In this document: one piece after another, positions 29,315 through 40,647 of the stretch
Layout of the letters: each line of letters starts with the position of its first letter
How positions within the stretch are numbered: position 1 is the stretch's first letter
Source: Bacteroidota bacterium
Lineage (GTDB): Bacteria > Bacteroidota > Bacteroidia > 2-12-FULL-35-15
Length of the DNA stretch: 64,000 bases
NCBI GenBank assembly: GCA_025963725.1
Contig: JAOQAE010000006.1
Coordinates: 769,952-833,951, forward strand
Direction of reading: 5' to 3'
Made by a program: the position numbers and the translations under genes
Notes under the pieces: generated by a model
Databases searched by the model: none
Seen by the model: the letters and a program-made list of their open reading frames with translations, nothing else
What the model was told of the DNA's origin: nothing

Positions 29315-31558
29315 CTAAAAGCTAAGCTTAATTCCAATGACAAGGATGTCGTCCACCTGCTCTACATTTCCCTGCCAGCTTTCCAGGCTCCTCTCAAGCC
29401 TTTCTCCCTGCTGTTCCATCGGCAGCGGCTGCAGCTCTATCAACAACTGGTTAAGCCGCTTCACCATGAATTTTTTCCCAAGCGACCCGCCGAACTGATC
29501 TGCATAGCCATCAGTAGTCATGTAAATACTGTCGTTGTCCTGAATGCGGATCTCGTGGTTCTGAAATTTTTTATCCTCAATGAGCTTATGCCCGCCAATG
29601 GCAGATTTGGTCGGCTTGATCTCGTCAAGCGCATCGTTGCGCACAATGTACAGCGACCTGTTAGCGCCGGCATATTCGAGAATGCCTCTTTTAAGATCGA
29701 TGGAGCAGAGCGCCAGGTCCATGCCGTCCTGCGTTCCATTATCAGCGAGATCCTGCTTCAGCGACTGTCTTACGCGCTCATTCAGAAGATCGAGGATCTC
29801 CGATGGTTTTTCGATCCCCTTTTCATTCACGATCTCATTCAGCAGCGTGTTCCCGATCATGCTCATGAATGCGCCGGGAACACCGTGGCCTGTGCAATCC
29901 ACACAGGCAATTATGTTCTTATCGCCGCGCCTTGCGTACCAGTAAAAATCGCCGCTCACCACATCGCGCGGCTTAAAGAGCACGAACGACTGCGGGAATG
30001 CGGCCTGAATCTCCTTCCTAACGGGAAGGATCGACTCCTGGATGCGCTTTGCATAATTGATGCTGTCGGTGATCTCCTTGTTCTTATGCTCGATCACACT
30101 TTTCTGCCCGAGCACCTCTTTATTGAACTCCTGCAGCTGTATGTTCGCTTTTTTGCGCTGCGCCATGCTGCGGAGAATAAAACCCACAAGGAACAGCAGC
30201 AGTACGATACCTACGATAGAGCTGTAGCTCAGGAGCTGCTGGCGCTTTAACTTCTCATCGGCAAGCGTTTCCTTGTTCTTCTGCATGAGCTCCTGCTCTT
30301 TTTGCTGCACATCGAAACGGTAGTTGAGCTCCAGCTCGGTGAGCCTTCTTGTATTGTCGGCATTGTAAACAGAATCGTTGAACTGCTTGTACAGCTTAAA
30401 ATTATCATACGCCTTTTTATAATCATTCAGCGCCTCATAGGTTCTTGACATGCCCAGATGGATCTCGATCAGGTCTTCCCAGGAACTGATCTCTTCTGCG
30501 ATCGCCAGCGCCTTCGAGTAATATTCAATGGCTTTTGAATACTGCTTCAATGCATAAAAGGAAGTGCCGATGGCACTGTAACAGATGGTGAGCCCCTGCT
30601 TATCGCCAATCTTTTCAAAAAGTCCGACCGCCCTGAACTGGTATTCAAGCGCTTTTTCATTTTCACCCATATCGGCGTACACATTACCGATATTGCCGAG
30701 GGCGCCGGCATAGATCTTCCCGTCGCTCTTCTCAACAAGCCGCAGCACCTGCTCATACGATTCAATGGATTTCTCATAGCGCTTGCCGTAGTAATGGCTG
30801 TTGCCGATGAACATATCCACCTCTACAAGCAGCGCTGTGTCTGACTGCTGCCAGGCGATCTCCTGCGCGCGCCTGAAATAATCAAGGGCATAATCTTCGT
30901 TCTTTGTTTCGCTGTATGCTGAGCCGATGTACAGCATGATCTGCGCGACGTTCTTTTTATGTCCCAGTTTTTCCGCGATCACCAGCGCCTGCTGAAGCTT
31001 TGCAAGCCCTTTGGGCCGGTTGCCCGACTGGTTCAGCACCATGCCCATACCCATGAGGTCTTCGCAGAGCAGGCGATCATTCTTATCCAGCGCAGCGAGC
31101 TCGGTGGCCTTTTCGAAGGCCGACAAGGCCTGCGGATAGCTGCCGCGGTCCATGTGAAGATTCCCGATGCTTGTGTAGCACTCCGCCAGCTCCGAACGCA
31201 CGTTGAAGCGCTTCAGCAGTGCGGTGGCTTGTGTGAACTCTACCAGCGCAGAATCACTGTATCCCTGGATGAAAAGATAATTTCCCCTTAAAAAGCAGGT
31301 GATGCCGATCTTTGCACTGTCATTCATCCGCTCTGCGGTGGCTTCGGCATCTGCAATATATTTCCAGGCTTTTTCAGGATCGGGATGTACGGTTGCAGTC
31401 ACAAGCGCGCGCTGCAGGCCGAAGCGCTCATTATCATCTTTTGCCTTGCCGAGCTGCTGCTCGAGGCTGTCGGTTACCGATGCAAATTTTTCCGCGAAGC
31501 TGCCGCTATAACAACAGGCAAAAAGAAAGAGGATTAAATATTTTTTCACAACGTTCAA
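29315..31558 (-). CDS. TPR-sensor membrane SpoIIE/PP2C phosphatase
   Basis: Same architecture and catalytic motifs as 27222-29306. Confidence 0.9.
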   Translation of the reverse strand: MNVVKKYLILFLFACCYSGSFAEKFASVTDSLEQQLGKAKDDNERFGLQRALVTATVHPDPEKAWKYIADAEATAERMNDSAKIGITCFLRGNYLFIQGYSDSALVEFTQATALLKRFNVRSELAECYTSIGNLHMDRGSYPQALSAFEKATELAALDKNDRLLCEDLMGMGMVLNQSGNRPKGLAKLQQALVIAEKLGHKKNVAQIMLYIGSAYSETKNEDYALDYFRRAQEIAWQQSDTALLVEVDMFIGNSHYYGKRYEKSIESYEQVLRLVEKSDGKIYAGALGNIGNVYADMGENEKALEYQFRAVGLFEKIGDKQGLTICYSAIGTSFYALKQYSKAIEYYSKALAIAEEISSWEDLIEIHLGMSRTYEALNDYKKAYDNFKLYKQFNDSVYNADNTRRLTELELNYRFDVQQKEQELMQKNKETLADEKLKRQQLLSYSSIVGIVLLLFLVGFILRSMAQRKKANIQLQEFNKEVLGQKSVIEHKNKEITDSINYAKRIQESILPVRKEIQAAFPQSFVLFKPRDVVSGDFYWYARRGDKNIIACVDCTGHGVPGAFMSMIGNTLLNEIVNEKGIEKPSEILDLLNERVRQSLKQDLADNGTQDGMDLALCSIDLKRGILEYAGANRSLYIVRNDALDEIKPTKSAIGGHKLIEDKKFQNHEIRIQDNDSIYMTTDGYADQFGGSLGKKFMVKRLNQLLIELQPLPMEQQGERLERSLESWQGNVEQVDDILVIGIKLSF

Positions 31559-31580
31559 AGTTCAACAATTTTTTTGAGTG

Positions 31581-33728
31581 CTACACACGAATGCCAACTA
31601 TCAGGATATCATCCACCTGCTCGAGGCCGGTTCTCCATTCTTCTATTGTTGCATCGAGGATGGCCTTCTGCTCGGCCATCGGCTTCGTATGGTGCTCCAG
31701 CAGCAGTTCCTGCAGCTTCTTATACTTGAATTTTTTTCCTTTCGGGCCGCCGAACTGGTCGGCATAGCCATCCGTGAACAGGTAGATCACATCGCCTTTG
31801 CGCAGCCCGAGCGTTTGTTTGCTGAAGGGCTTCTGCTCACCGTGATACATTCCTACGGGCATTTTGTCGGCGGCAAATTCTTTCAGCTCATTGTTGCGGA
31901 TCAGCCAGAGCGGGTTGTTGGCGCCTGAAAAGCGGAGCCACATGCCTTTGAGATCGAACACGCAGAGTGTGGCATCCATTCCGTCCCTGGTTTGTTCCTC
32001 CGAGCCTGCGGGGTTGAGCGAGCTGATGATCTGCGTGCGCACATGGTCGAGCACCAGCTCCGGCGACTGCAATTTTTTCTCGATCACGGCCTGGTTCAAA
32101 AAGGAAATGTTGAGCAGGCTCATGAATGCGCCGGGAACACCGTGGCCTGTACAATCGGCAACAGCGAGGCAGAATGATTCCTTTTCGCTGCCTTCCGGCT
32201 TCATTGGGGTTGCCCAGTAAAAGTCGCCGCTTACAATATCCTTGGGCTTGTTGAGCACAAAATATTCAGGAAGGTATTGCTGCAAAAGTGTATCGGAGGC
32301 GAGCAGGGCGCGCTGGATCCTCCGGGCATAAAAAATGGAATCGGTGATCTCCTTGCTTTTTTCTTCAACGAGATCGCGCTGCAGCTCCACTTCTTTTTTC
32401 TGAGCGGAAATAATTTCGTTCGACCTGTGCTTCTGGCGATAGCTTCTGAAAATAAAAACAGCCAGCAGGGATACGAGCAGGAAGCCAATTGCAAAAAAGA
32501 TCTTCTGCATATTCTGCTGCCTTACCTGCAGCTCCGCTTTCCCGAGTGTTTCTTTCTGAAGCGCATTGTCCTTGTTGAGGCTTGCGATCTGCATCTGCTT
32601 TTTCTCATCCTCGTACTTCGCTGCCATCTCTGTTACCTGGAGGCTGTTTTCTGAGGTAAGGATCGAATCCTTTATGCGGAACAGAAGCTGTTGCGTATTG
32701 AAGGCCTTCAGGTAATTTCCCTGCGCGGCATAGCACAATGCGATCTTTTCATACACGCTTACAAGATCGATCTGTGAGCCGGTTTCTTCGGAAAGTGCAA
32801 GGCTTTTTTCAAGATAGGAAAGCGCGAGCGCATAATTCTTTTTCTCGTAATACACCATTCCCATTCCATCATAGGAGACCGCCTGGCTCATCTTATCCTC
32901 GTTAGGCCCTGAATAAGAAAGCGCTTTTTTATAAAATTCCAGCGCTTCATCATATCTTCCTTTTTTCGAAAGAATGATGCCGGTATTGTTCAGGGTGCTC
33001 GACAATCCCCTTGGATAATATATCGCCTCTTTCATAGCGATCGACATCCGGTAATACGCAAGCGCTTCATCGAGCTTCTCCTGCAGGTCGAGCACGGTGC
33101 CGATGTTATTGTAGGCGGAAGCAATTCCGATTGAATCCTTATTGGCCGTGAACATCTCCAGGCTTTTCCGGTAATACCGCATGGACTCGTTGTAGCTGTG
33201 CATGTCCTTGTAGATCCCGGCCAGTCCGCTGTAAACGCTCGGCAGTGTTTTTTTGTCGCCGATCTCTTCCAGCAGCTTCTGTGATTCGAGGTATTCTTTT
33301 GCAGCCTGCTCATACTTCGCTGTGAAATAATAGATGAGCCCGATGTTGAAATGCGCTTTTGCGATCGCGGATTTATTTTTGGACTTTTCCAGGATCTCAA
33401 GGCTTTTCCGGTAGTTAACAAGGCTGTTCTCAAAATCGCGCTTATAGCCATAAACAGTGCCTAAGGCCGCATAGGCATCCGAAACAAGCAGCTGATTTTT
33501 ATTTGTGCCGTATTTCTTCAGGTCGGTTTCCGCGAAGTATTTGGCTGAATCGAGGTCGATGGCGAGGTATTCATAGGCCAGCTCGTAATACGCATGCATC
33601 TTCAGCGTGTCGTTCCCGGGAGATGCAAGGATCTTTTTGAGGCTGTCGGCCGCAGGAGTTTGCGCCGCAAGAAAAAGCGGCAGGCAGAAAAAGAAAAGTA
33701 CGATCCTGTTTTTCATGTGTTTCATCAT
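31581..33728 (-). CDS. TPR-sensor membrane SpoIIE/PP2C phosphatase
   Basis: Same architecture; ATG overlaps the upstream TGA (TGATG). Confidence 0.9.
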   Translation of the reverse strand: MMKHMKNRIVLFFFCLPLFLAAQTPAADSLKKILASPGNDTLKMHAYYELAYEYLAIDLDSAKYFAETDLKKYGTNKNQLLVSDAYAALGTVYGYKRDFENSLVNYRKSLEILEKSKNKSAIAKAHFNIGLIYYFTAKYEQAAKEYLESQKLLEEIGDKKTLPSVYSGLAGIYKDMHSYNESMRYYRKSLEMFTANKDSIGIASAYNNIGTVLDLQEKLDEALAYYRMSIAMKEAIYYPRGLSSTLNNTGIILSKKGRYDEALEFYKKALSYSGPNEDKMSQAVSYDGMGMVYYEKKNYALALSYLEKSLALSEETGSQIDLVSVYEKIALCYAAQGNYLKAFNTQQLLFRIKDSILTSENSLQVTEMAAKYEDEKKQMQIASLNKDNALQKETLGKAELQVRQQNMQKIFFAIGFLLVSLLAVFIFRSYRQKHRSNEIISAQKKEVELQRDLVEEKSKEITDSIFYARRIQRALLASDTLLQQYLPEYFVLNKPKDIVSGDFYWATPMKPEGSEKESFCLAVADCTGHGVPGAFMSLLNISFLNQAVIEKKLQSPELVLDHVRTQIISSLNPAGSEEQTRDGMDATLCVFDLKGMWLRFSGANNPLWLIRNNELKEFAADKMPVGMYHGEQKPFSKQTLGLRKGDVIYLFTDGYADQFGGPKGKKFKYKKLQELLLEHHTKPMAEQKAILDATIEEWRTGLEQVDDILIVGIRV

Positions 33729-36700
33729 CAAATGCGTATTCCTATCACCAGCACATCGTCCACCTGCTCGAGCTCACCCTGCCAGTCGTCATTTGTTTTC
33801 CGGAGAATCTCCTTTTGTTCAGCCATCGGCTTCTCATGAATGCTGAGGAGCAATTCCTGGAACTGCTTGTACTTGAATTTTTTTCCTTTCGGGCCACCGA
33901 ACTGATCTGCAAAGCCATCGGTGAAAATATAAATGCAGTCGCCGCGCTGGATCTCCCATTCGTGGTTGGTGAAGCGCTGCAGCTCCTCTCCTACAAATGC
34001 GCCGATCGGGAACTTATCGCCATTGATCTCGATCACCTGTCCCTTTCGTATGATCCACAAAGGATTGTTGGCGCCGGCAAATTCCATGGTCGACTTTTTA
34101 TAATTGATCGCGCAGAGCGCAATGTCCATTCCATCGCGCACGGTGGCTTCCTCCGGATCCTGGTTCAGCTTTTTTGAAAGCTGGCTGTTGGTTTCATTGA
34201 GGATGAGCGCGGGTTTTGCAAGCCCGAGCACATTCACGGTTTGTGTGAGTATGTTGTGCGCAACAATGCTCATGAATGCTCCCGGCACCCCATGCCCCGT
34301 GCAATCCACTGCGGCAATAAGGGTTTGCGGGCCCCATTGCTCGAGCCAGTAGAAGTCGCCGCTTACAATGTCCTTCGGCTTGTAGAACACGAATGATTCG
34401 GGCAGCAGCTGTTTTATGGTTGAATCGGCAGGCAGGATGGCTTCCTGGATGCGCTTTGCATAATGGATGCTATCGGTGATGTCCTTGTTCTTTTCATCGA
34501 TCTCGGAATACGCAATCTGCAATTTTTCCTTTTCCTCGAGCAGCTCCTTGGTCCTGATCGCCACTTCCTCCTTGAGCCGCCGCCTGCTTCGCTGCAGGTT
34601 CTGCTCACGCATCTTCACGAAGGCATAGATGAGCGAGACGCCGATGATGATGGAGATGATGTAGAACCAGGGCCGCTTCCAGAAGGGAGGCACGATCTCG
34701 AATGAATAGGTGGCAGGCTGCGCGTTCCAGATGCTATCGCTGTTGCATGCTTTCAGCAGGAACGTGTATTTTCCGGGAGGCAGGTTCGAGTACGTTGTGC
34801 TGGTTTCCTTGCCTTCGGGCAGCCAGTCCTTATCGAAGCCCTGCAGCATGAACCTGTACCTCACTTTTTCCGGGATGGACTGCGACACGCCCGCAAAATC
34901 GAAGGTGATGTGATTTTTGTCGTACGGCAGCACAAGGTTCACCGGCAACCCCTTCTGCGTGCTGTCGGAATACTTGCTGAAATCCACCGATTCGAGGAAG
35001 AGGCGGATGTTGGTGATCTGCGTTTGAGGCGCCACTTTATTTTTCTGCTCACAATCAGGGTTGTAAATAGTAACACCGTCGATGGTGCCGATCCAGAGCT
35101 TTCCATCCACATCGCGGTAAAAAGCGTTCTGGTTACATTCGAGGCCGATGAACCCTTCCTCTTTTCCGTAATGCTTCAGCTTCACTTCCTTCTGGTTCAC
35201 ATAAGCGTTAATGTCGAGCCTGTCGATCCCGTTATTGGTGCCGATCCAGAGGTAGCCGTTATCGTCGGCATTCACATAATACACGGTGTTGGAGCTTAAT
35301 CCGTTGAGCTCATTGATGGTGATGAACTTTTTTCCGTTATACACCGCCACGCCGAGGTCGGTACTGATCCAGGTGTACCCGAGATGATCGCGCACCAGGT
35401 TGCGGATCCGCGGAAAGCCTTCGGGGCGCGTGATAGAGGTGAATTTTTTTCCATCGTACTTCGTGATCTTATCCGGCGAGCCGAACCAAAGGTCGCCGAA
35501 ATTATCCTCGTAGATCGCATTCACGCCCTGGTTCGAAAGCCCATCCTTCACACTGTACTGCGTGAATGTTTTGCCATCGTACATATCCACGCCATTCTCA
35601 TTGGCAAGCCACACATTTCCCTTCCGGTCGGTAAGCATATCGGGAATGCGGATCCCGTGCAATCCTTGTTTTATATGGTAATTCGTAAATTTTTTCCCGT
35701 CGAACACGCTCAGCCCGGCCGAAGAAGTGCCGAACCAGATATTTCCTTTTTTATCTTCCGTGATGGACCATACATTGTTGTAGATCAACCCGTCTTTCTG
35801 GCTGTAATTGGTAAACACAGCGGTATCGGCCTTTTTGCTTTCGCTGTAATTGAATTTTGAAACGCCGCCGCCCCAGGTGCCGATCCAGAAATTATCCTTG
35901 CTGTCCTTGAAGACCGACATCACCGTATTGTTTACCAAACCGTGATCCTCATTGAAGTTAATGAAGAGGTCGTTCTTGTATTTGCTTACGCCGCCTGCAA
36001 AGGAGCCGAACCACATGTTACCTTCACGGTCCTGCGTAATGGCATCTACCAGGTTGCCGCACAAACCGTTTGCCCGGGTGATACTGCGGGTTTTGCCATA
36101 GGTGATCTTCAGCACACCCTTGGCCGTTCCTGCCCATACATTGCCAAGCGAATCCCTGAAGAGCTTATATACCGTTTCAGAGAACTGCTTTTCGCTGATG
36201 ATCTTAAACGACTGCGTTCCGGTGTATGCCTTTGAAGGATCGTACTCATGAATGCCGCGATAGCTGCTTACCCACACCTTATCATCGTTAATGAGGATAT
36301 CGCGGATGCGGAGGTCCGACAAGCCATCCTTCATCGTAAAATGCTTCATGGTTTTGCCATCGTAGCAGAACACGCCGTTGAGCATGGTTGCGATCCAGGT
36401 ATTGCCGAGCTTGTCCTGCTTGATCGACCATACCTGGTAGCTGCCGATGGAATCATTGCGCGGAAAGCTTTTGAACTTTTTGCCATCGTACAGCACAATT
36501 CCGTCGCTGGTTCCGATCCATGTGTTTCCGTCGCTGTGCTTGTAAAAGCAGTAAATGCCGGTTTCCCGGACGAGCGCGTCCTTAAACTGGTAGATCTTTT
36601 TATTGTATAAGCGGCTGAGGCCTTTTGTGGTGCCTATCCAGATGTTCCGGTCATCGTACTCAAAAACGGAGAACACGCGGTTGTTGCTGAGCCCGTCGCG

Positions 36701-36919
36701 GGTGCTGTAATTGGTAAAGTGAAGTCCGTTGAAGCAGCTTACGCCGCCGCCATTGGTAGCAAACCACATGTTGCCGTTATGGTCCTGCAGGAGGTCGATG
36801 ATCTGGGATTGCGGGAGCCCGTCCTCGATGGAATAATTCTTAAAATTGAGCAATTGGGCATTGGCGGCTATGCAAATGCAAAAGAGGAAAACGGATATGT
36901 ACGATCTTTTAAAGTGCAC
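33728..36919 (-). CDS. Beta-propeller (Reg_prop) + Y_Y_Y sensor membrane SpoIIE/PP2C phosphatase
   Basis: D..GN.W.GT propeller repeats, YRFMLQGFDKDW..YSNLPPGKYTF Y_Y_Y domain, TM, PP2C motifs. Confidence 0.92.
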   Translation of the reverse strand: MHFKRSYISVFLFCICIAANAQLLNFKNYSIEDGLPQSQIIDLLQDHNGNMWFATNGGGVSCFNGLHFTNYSTRDGLSNNRVFSVFEYDDRNIWIGTTKGLSRLYNKKIYQFKDALVRETGIYCFYKHSDGNTWIGTSDGIVLYDGKKFKSFPRNDSIGSYQVWSIKQDKLGNTWIATMLNGVFCYDGKTMKHFTMKDGLSDLRIRDILINDDKVWVSSYRGIHEYDPSKAYTGTQSFKIISEKQFSETVYKLFRDSLGNVWAGTAKGVLKITYGKTRSITRANGLCGNLVDAITQDREGNMWFGSFAGGVSKYKNDLFINFNEDHGLVNNTVMSVFKDSKDNFWIGTWGGGVSKFNYSESKKADTAVFTNYSQKDGLIYNNVWSITEDKKGNIWFGTSSAGLSVFDGKKFTNYHIKQGLHGIRIPDMLTDRKGNVWLANENGVDMYDGKTFTQYSVKDGLSNQGVNAIYEDNFGDLWFGSPDKITKYDGKKFTSITRPEGFPRIRNLVRDHLGYTWISTDLGVAVYNGKKFITINELNGLSSNTVYYVNADDNGYLWIGTNNGIDRLDINAYVNQKEVKLKHYGKEEGFIGLECNQNAFYRDVDGKLWIGTIDGVTIYNPDCEQKNKVAPQTQITNIRLFLESVDFSKYSDSTQKGLPVNLVLPYDKNHITFDFAGVSQSIPEKVRYRFMLQGFDKDWLPEGKETSTTYSNLPPGKYTFLLKACNSDSIWNAQPATYSFEIVPPFWKRPWFYIISIIIGVSLIYAFVKMREQNLQRSRRRLKEEVAIRTKELLEEKEKLQIAYSEIDEKNKDITDSIHYAKRIQEAILPADSTIKQLLPESFVFYKPKDIVSGDFYWLEQWGPQTLIAAVDCTGHGVPGAFMSIVAHNILTQTVNVLGLAKPALILNETNSQLSKKLNQDPEEATVRDGMDIALCAINYKKSTMEFAGANNPLWIIRKGQVIEINGDKFPIGAFVGEELQRFTNHEWEIQRGDCIYIFTDGFADQFGGPKGKKFKYKQFQELLLSIHEKPMAEQKEILRKTNDDWQGELEQVDDVLVIGIRI

Positions 36920-36972
36920 AAATGGTTATCGCGTGTAAAACATCTCTAAAATAAAGGAAAAAAACCATATAA

Positions 36973-38739
<1,767 letters not shown>

Positions 38740-38751
<12 letters not shown>

Positions 38752-38770
38752 GGAATGCGGCGTTTTTTTT
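38740..38770 (+). terminator. Intrinsic terminator of the ABC-F gene
   Basis: aaaaacgctgca-ggaa-tgcggcgtttttttt. Confidence 0.8.
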
Positions 38771-38842
38771 GCCGCAGATTCGCAGATAAATGCATTATAT
38801 AGTTTTTATTAAAGGAATTTGGATTTGAGTATTAAAAAGAGG

Positions 38843-38850
38843 TAAGTTTG
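38843..38850 (+). promoter_or_regulatory. Bacteroidota -7 promoter box (TAAGTTTG) of the HEPN gene
   Basis: TAnnTTTG with TTTG at 38818-38821 (21-bp spacer). Confidence 0.6.
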
Positions 38851-38876
38851 ATAAACAATATATTAATTGAATCATT

Positions 38877-40064
38877 ATGGATTGGAAAGAAGCCAAACAT
38901 ATAGAAAACAATCGTTACGATTTACCCGGCGACTGGTTAAAAATAGAATATTTTGAGGCGCTTAATATTCTATTTAGAGTAGAGAACTCTTTACGAATTT
39001 TCGTGTTTATCATTCTTAAAAACGAATTTCATGATAAATGGAAAGATCTATCGATAACAAGTGATGATGCTGAGTCCTCTACTATTGGCGCTATTGCTAA
39101 AAGGCGTTTTTCTCAAGATAAAAATTATGCTTATTTAGGATACGTTATAACAGGGCAATTACTTCATTTAACCAGCGGGGAGCTTATAAGAATTATAACA
39201 TCTGATACTTATTGGAAGCTATTCAAAGGTTATTTTTTGGGGTCAAAAGAAATTATTAAAAATAAACTAGATGAAATTGGAAATGTTAGGAATTCTCTTG
39301 CTCATTTTAGGCCTATTAAAAAAGGAGATCTTGAGCTTGTTAAACAAAATGCCATTCATACTCTTTCAGAAATTGAAAAAACTATGATTGATTTTATTAT
39401 GTGTCCTGATATTGTGCCAACTAATACAGAAGATAATTGGTACAAAGAAATTAAAATCATTGGCACGGAGGAGTGCAAAATACGATTTAAGCAAAGTAAG
39501 AAAGAAGAATGGATAAAATTAATTTTATCGTTTAACTCTCCTGTTATAGAAAGGGGTGATTCTTTCGGCTACGCAGCAACGACAGTTAATTTAAAAACAG
39601 ACAAAATCTTAATCAATTACTTAAATCTTTCAAAGTACGCAATTAGCGTAACGGAATCCCTTCCTTCTGTTTATGTAAAAGAAAAAGACCTTGAAAAAAT
39701 AGAATTTCTAAAGCATATACAGTTTACATTTAGTAAAAAAACTTTAGAAAACAAATATTCTGAAATCAAAACAGAATTAGAAAAAATTTTCTTGCACATA
39801 TCTAAAGAACTCGAGCTCATAAAAGATGACAATTTAGCGCGGGGGAAATTAATTGAAGTTGTTTCATGCTATTTCGAAAAACATGAATCCGGTGAATTTT
39901 ATTTTTATGATGGGAGGGCATTTAGAACCAGTTACAATGAAGCAACACCAGTGGAATTCTGGGGTGAATATAATTATCCCTCATATGATTTTATCACTGA
40001 TACTAATAAATACCCTTGGATGCCAGTACCTATCTCTGAAGATAAAAATAACTTACCTTTTTAA
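38877..40064 (+). CDS. Swt1-like HEPN domain protein (putative RNase/defence effector)
   Basis: N-terminal LFRVENSLRIFV helix and R-x4-H motif RNSLAH (39288-39305); markedly AT-rich compared with flanks. Confidence 0.7.
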   Translation: MDWKEAKHIENNRYDLPGDWLKIEYFEALNILFRVENSLRIFVFIILKNEFHDKWKDLSITSDDAESSTIGAIAKRRFSQDKNYAYLGYVITGQLLHLTSGELIRIITSDTYWKLFKGYFLGSKEIIKNKLDEIGNVRNSLAHFRPIKKGDLELVKQNAIHTLSEIEKTMIDFIMCPDIVPTNTEDNWYKEIKIIGTEECKIRFKQSKKEEWIKLILSFNSPVIERGDSFGYAATTVNLKTDKILINYLNLSKYAISVTESLPSVYVKEKDLEKIEFLKHIQFTFSKKTLENKYSEIKTELEKIFLHISKELELIKDDNLARGKLIEVVSCYFEKHESGEFYFYDGRAFRTSYNEATPVEFWGEYNYPSYDFITDTNKYPWMPVPISEDKNNLPF

Positions 40065-40077
40065 TCCGACATCTATC

Positions 40078-40293
40078 TTACCAATTTATTAGATCTTTCA
40101 ACCCAACACCCAACGCCTTCGAAATCTCCAACAAAGAATAAAGTGTTGGATTAACCTTCCCATTTTCCAGCTTCTCAATAGCTTGGCGGTCCTTGCCGCA
40201 AGCCCGGGCAAGATCCGACTGGCTCCAACCTTTTTTGGCTCTGAGTTCCACAATCCGTTGACCGATCTTTTTCTTTAGCTGTTCTTTAGTCAC
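40078..40293 (-). CDS. XRE-family helix-turn-helix regulator
   Basis: IGQRIVELRAKKGWSQSDLA...IEKLENGKVNPTLYSLLEISKAL. Confidence 0.93.
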   Translation of the reverse strand: MTKEQLKKKIGQRIVELRAKKGWSQSDLARACGKDRQAIEKLENGKVNPTLYSLLEISKALGVGLKDLINW

Positions 40294-40301
40294 GGAACAA
40301 A

Positions 40302-40387
40302 TGTCAGCCTATTATACGACAAAAATGTCATACAGAAAGTTGACAAAGTAATTTTATTTATTAAATTTGTCATATAAAAATATGACG
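40302..40387. promoter_or_regulatory. Three TGTC-N12-GAC(A/G) palindromes, probable XRE operators
   Basis: 40302-40321, 40326-40345, 40368-40387, overlapping the divergent promoters. Confidence 0.65.
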
Positions 40388-40627
40388 ATGAAAAGCGAAA
40401 TAATTCTCAATGACAACCAAATCGCCTTACTTAACCAGCTTGAAAAGCTCTTCGAATATGCGCCCGCAGAGAGCATCAGTAAAAGCTTGCATGAAGTCTT
40501 TTTCAGCTATCTGCAAAACAACACAGATACATTTCCGGATAATTTTGAAACAATTGCAGGAGATTTTCAGTTTCTGATGCAGTTCATACGGGAAGCCGAA
40601 AAGATCAGCGGTGACAAAAAAATATAA
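40382..40627 (+). CDS. Small acidic helical hypothetical protein divergent from the XRE gene
   Basis: About 81 aa; TAAATTTG box at 40362-40369 places the start at ATG 40382 or 40388. Confidence 0.7.
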   Translation: MTMKSEIILNDNQIALLNQLEKLFEYAPAESISKSLHEVFFSYLQNNTDTFPDNFETIAGDFQFLMQFIREAEKISGDKKI

Positions 40628-40647
40628 CTTTAAGCCATGATAACAGC

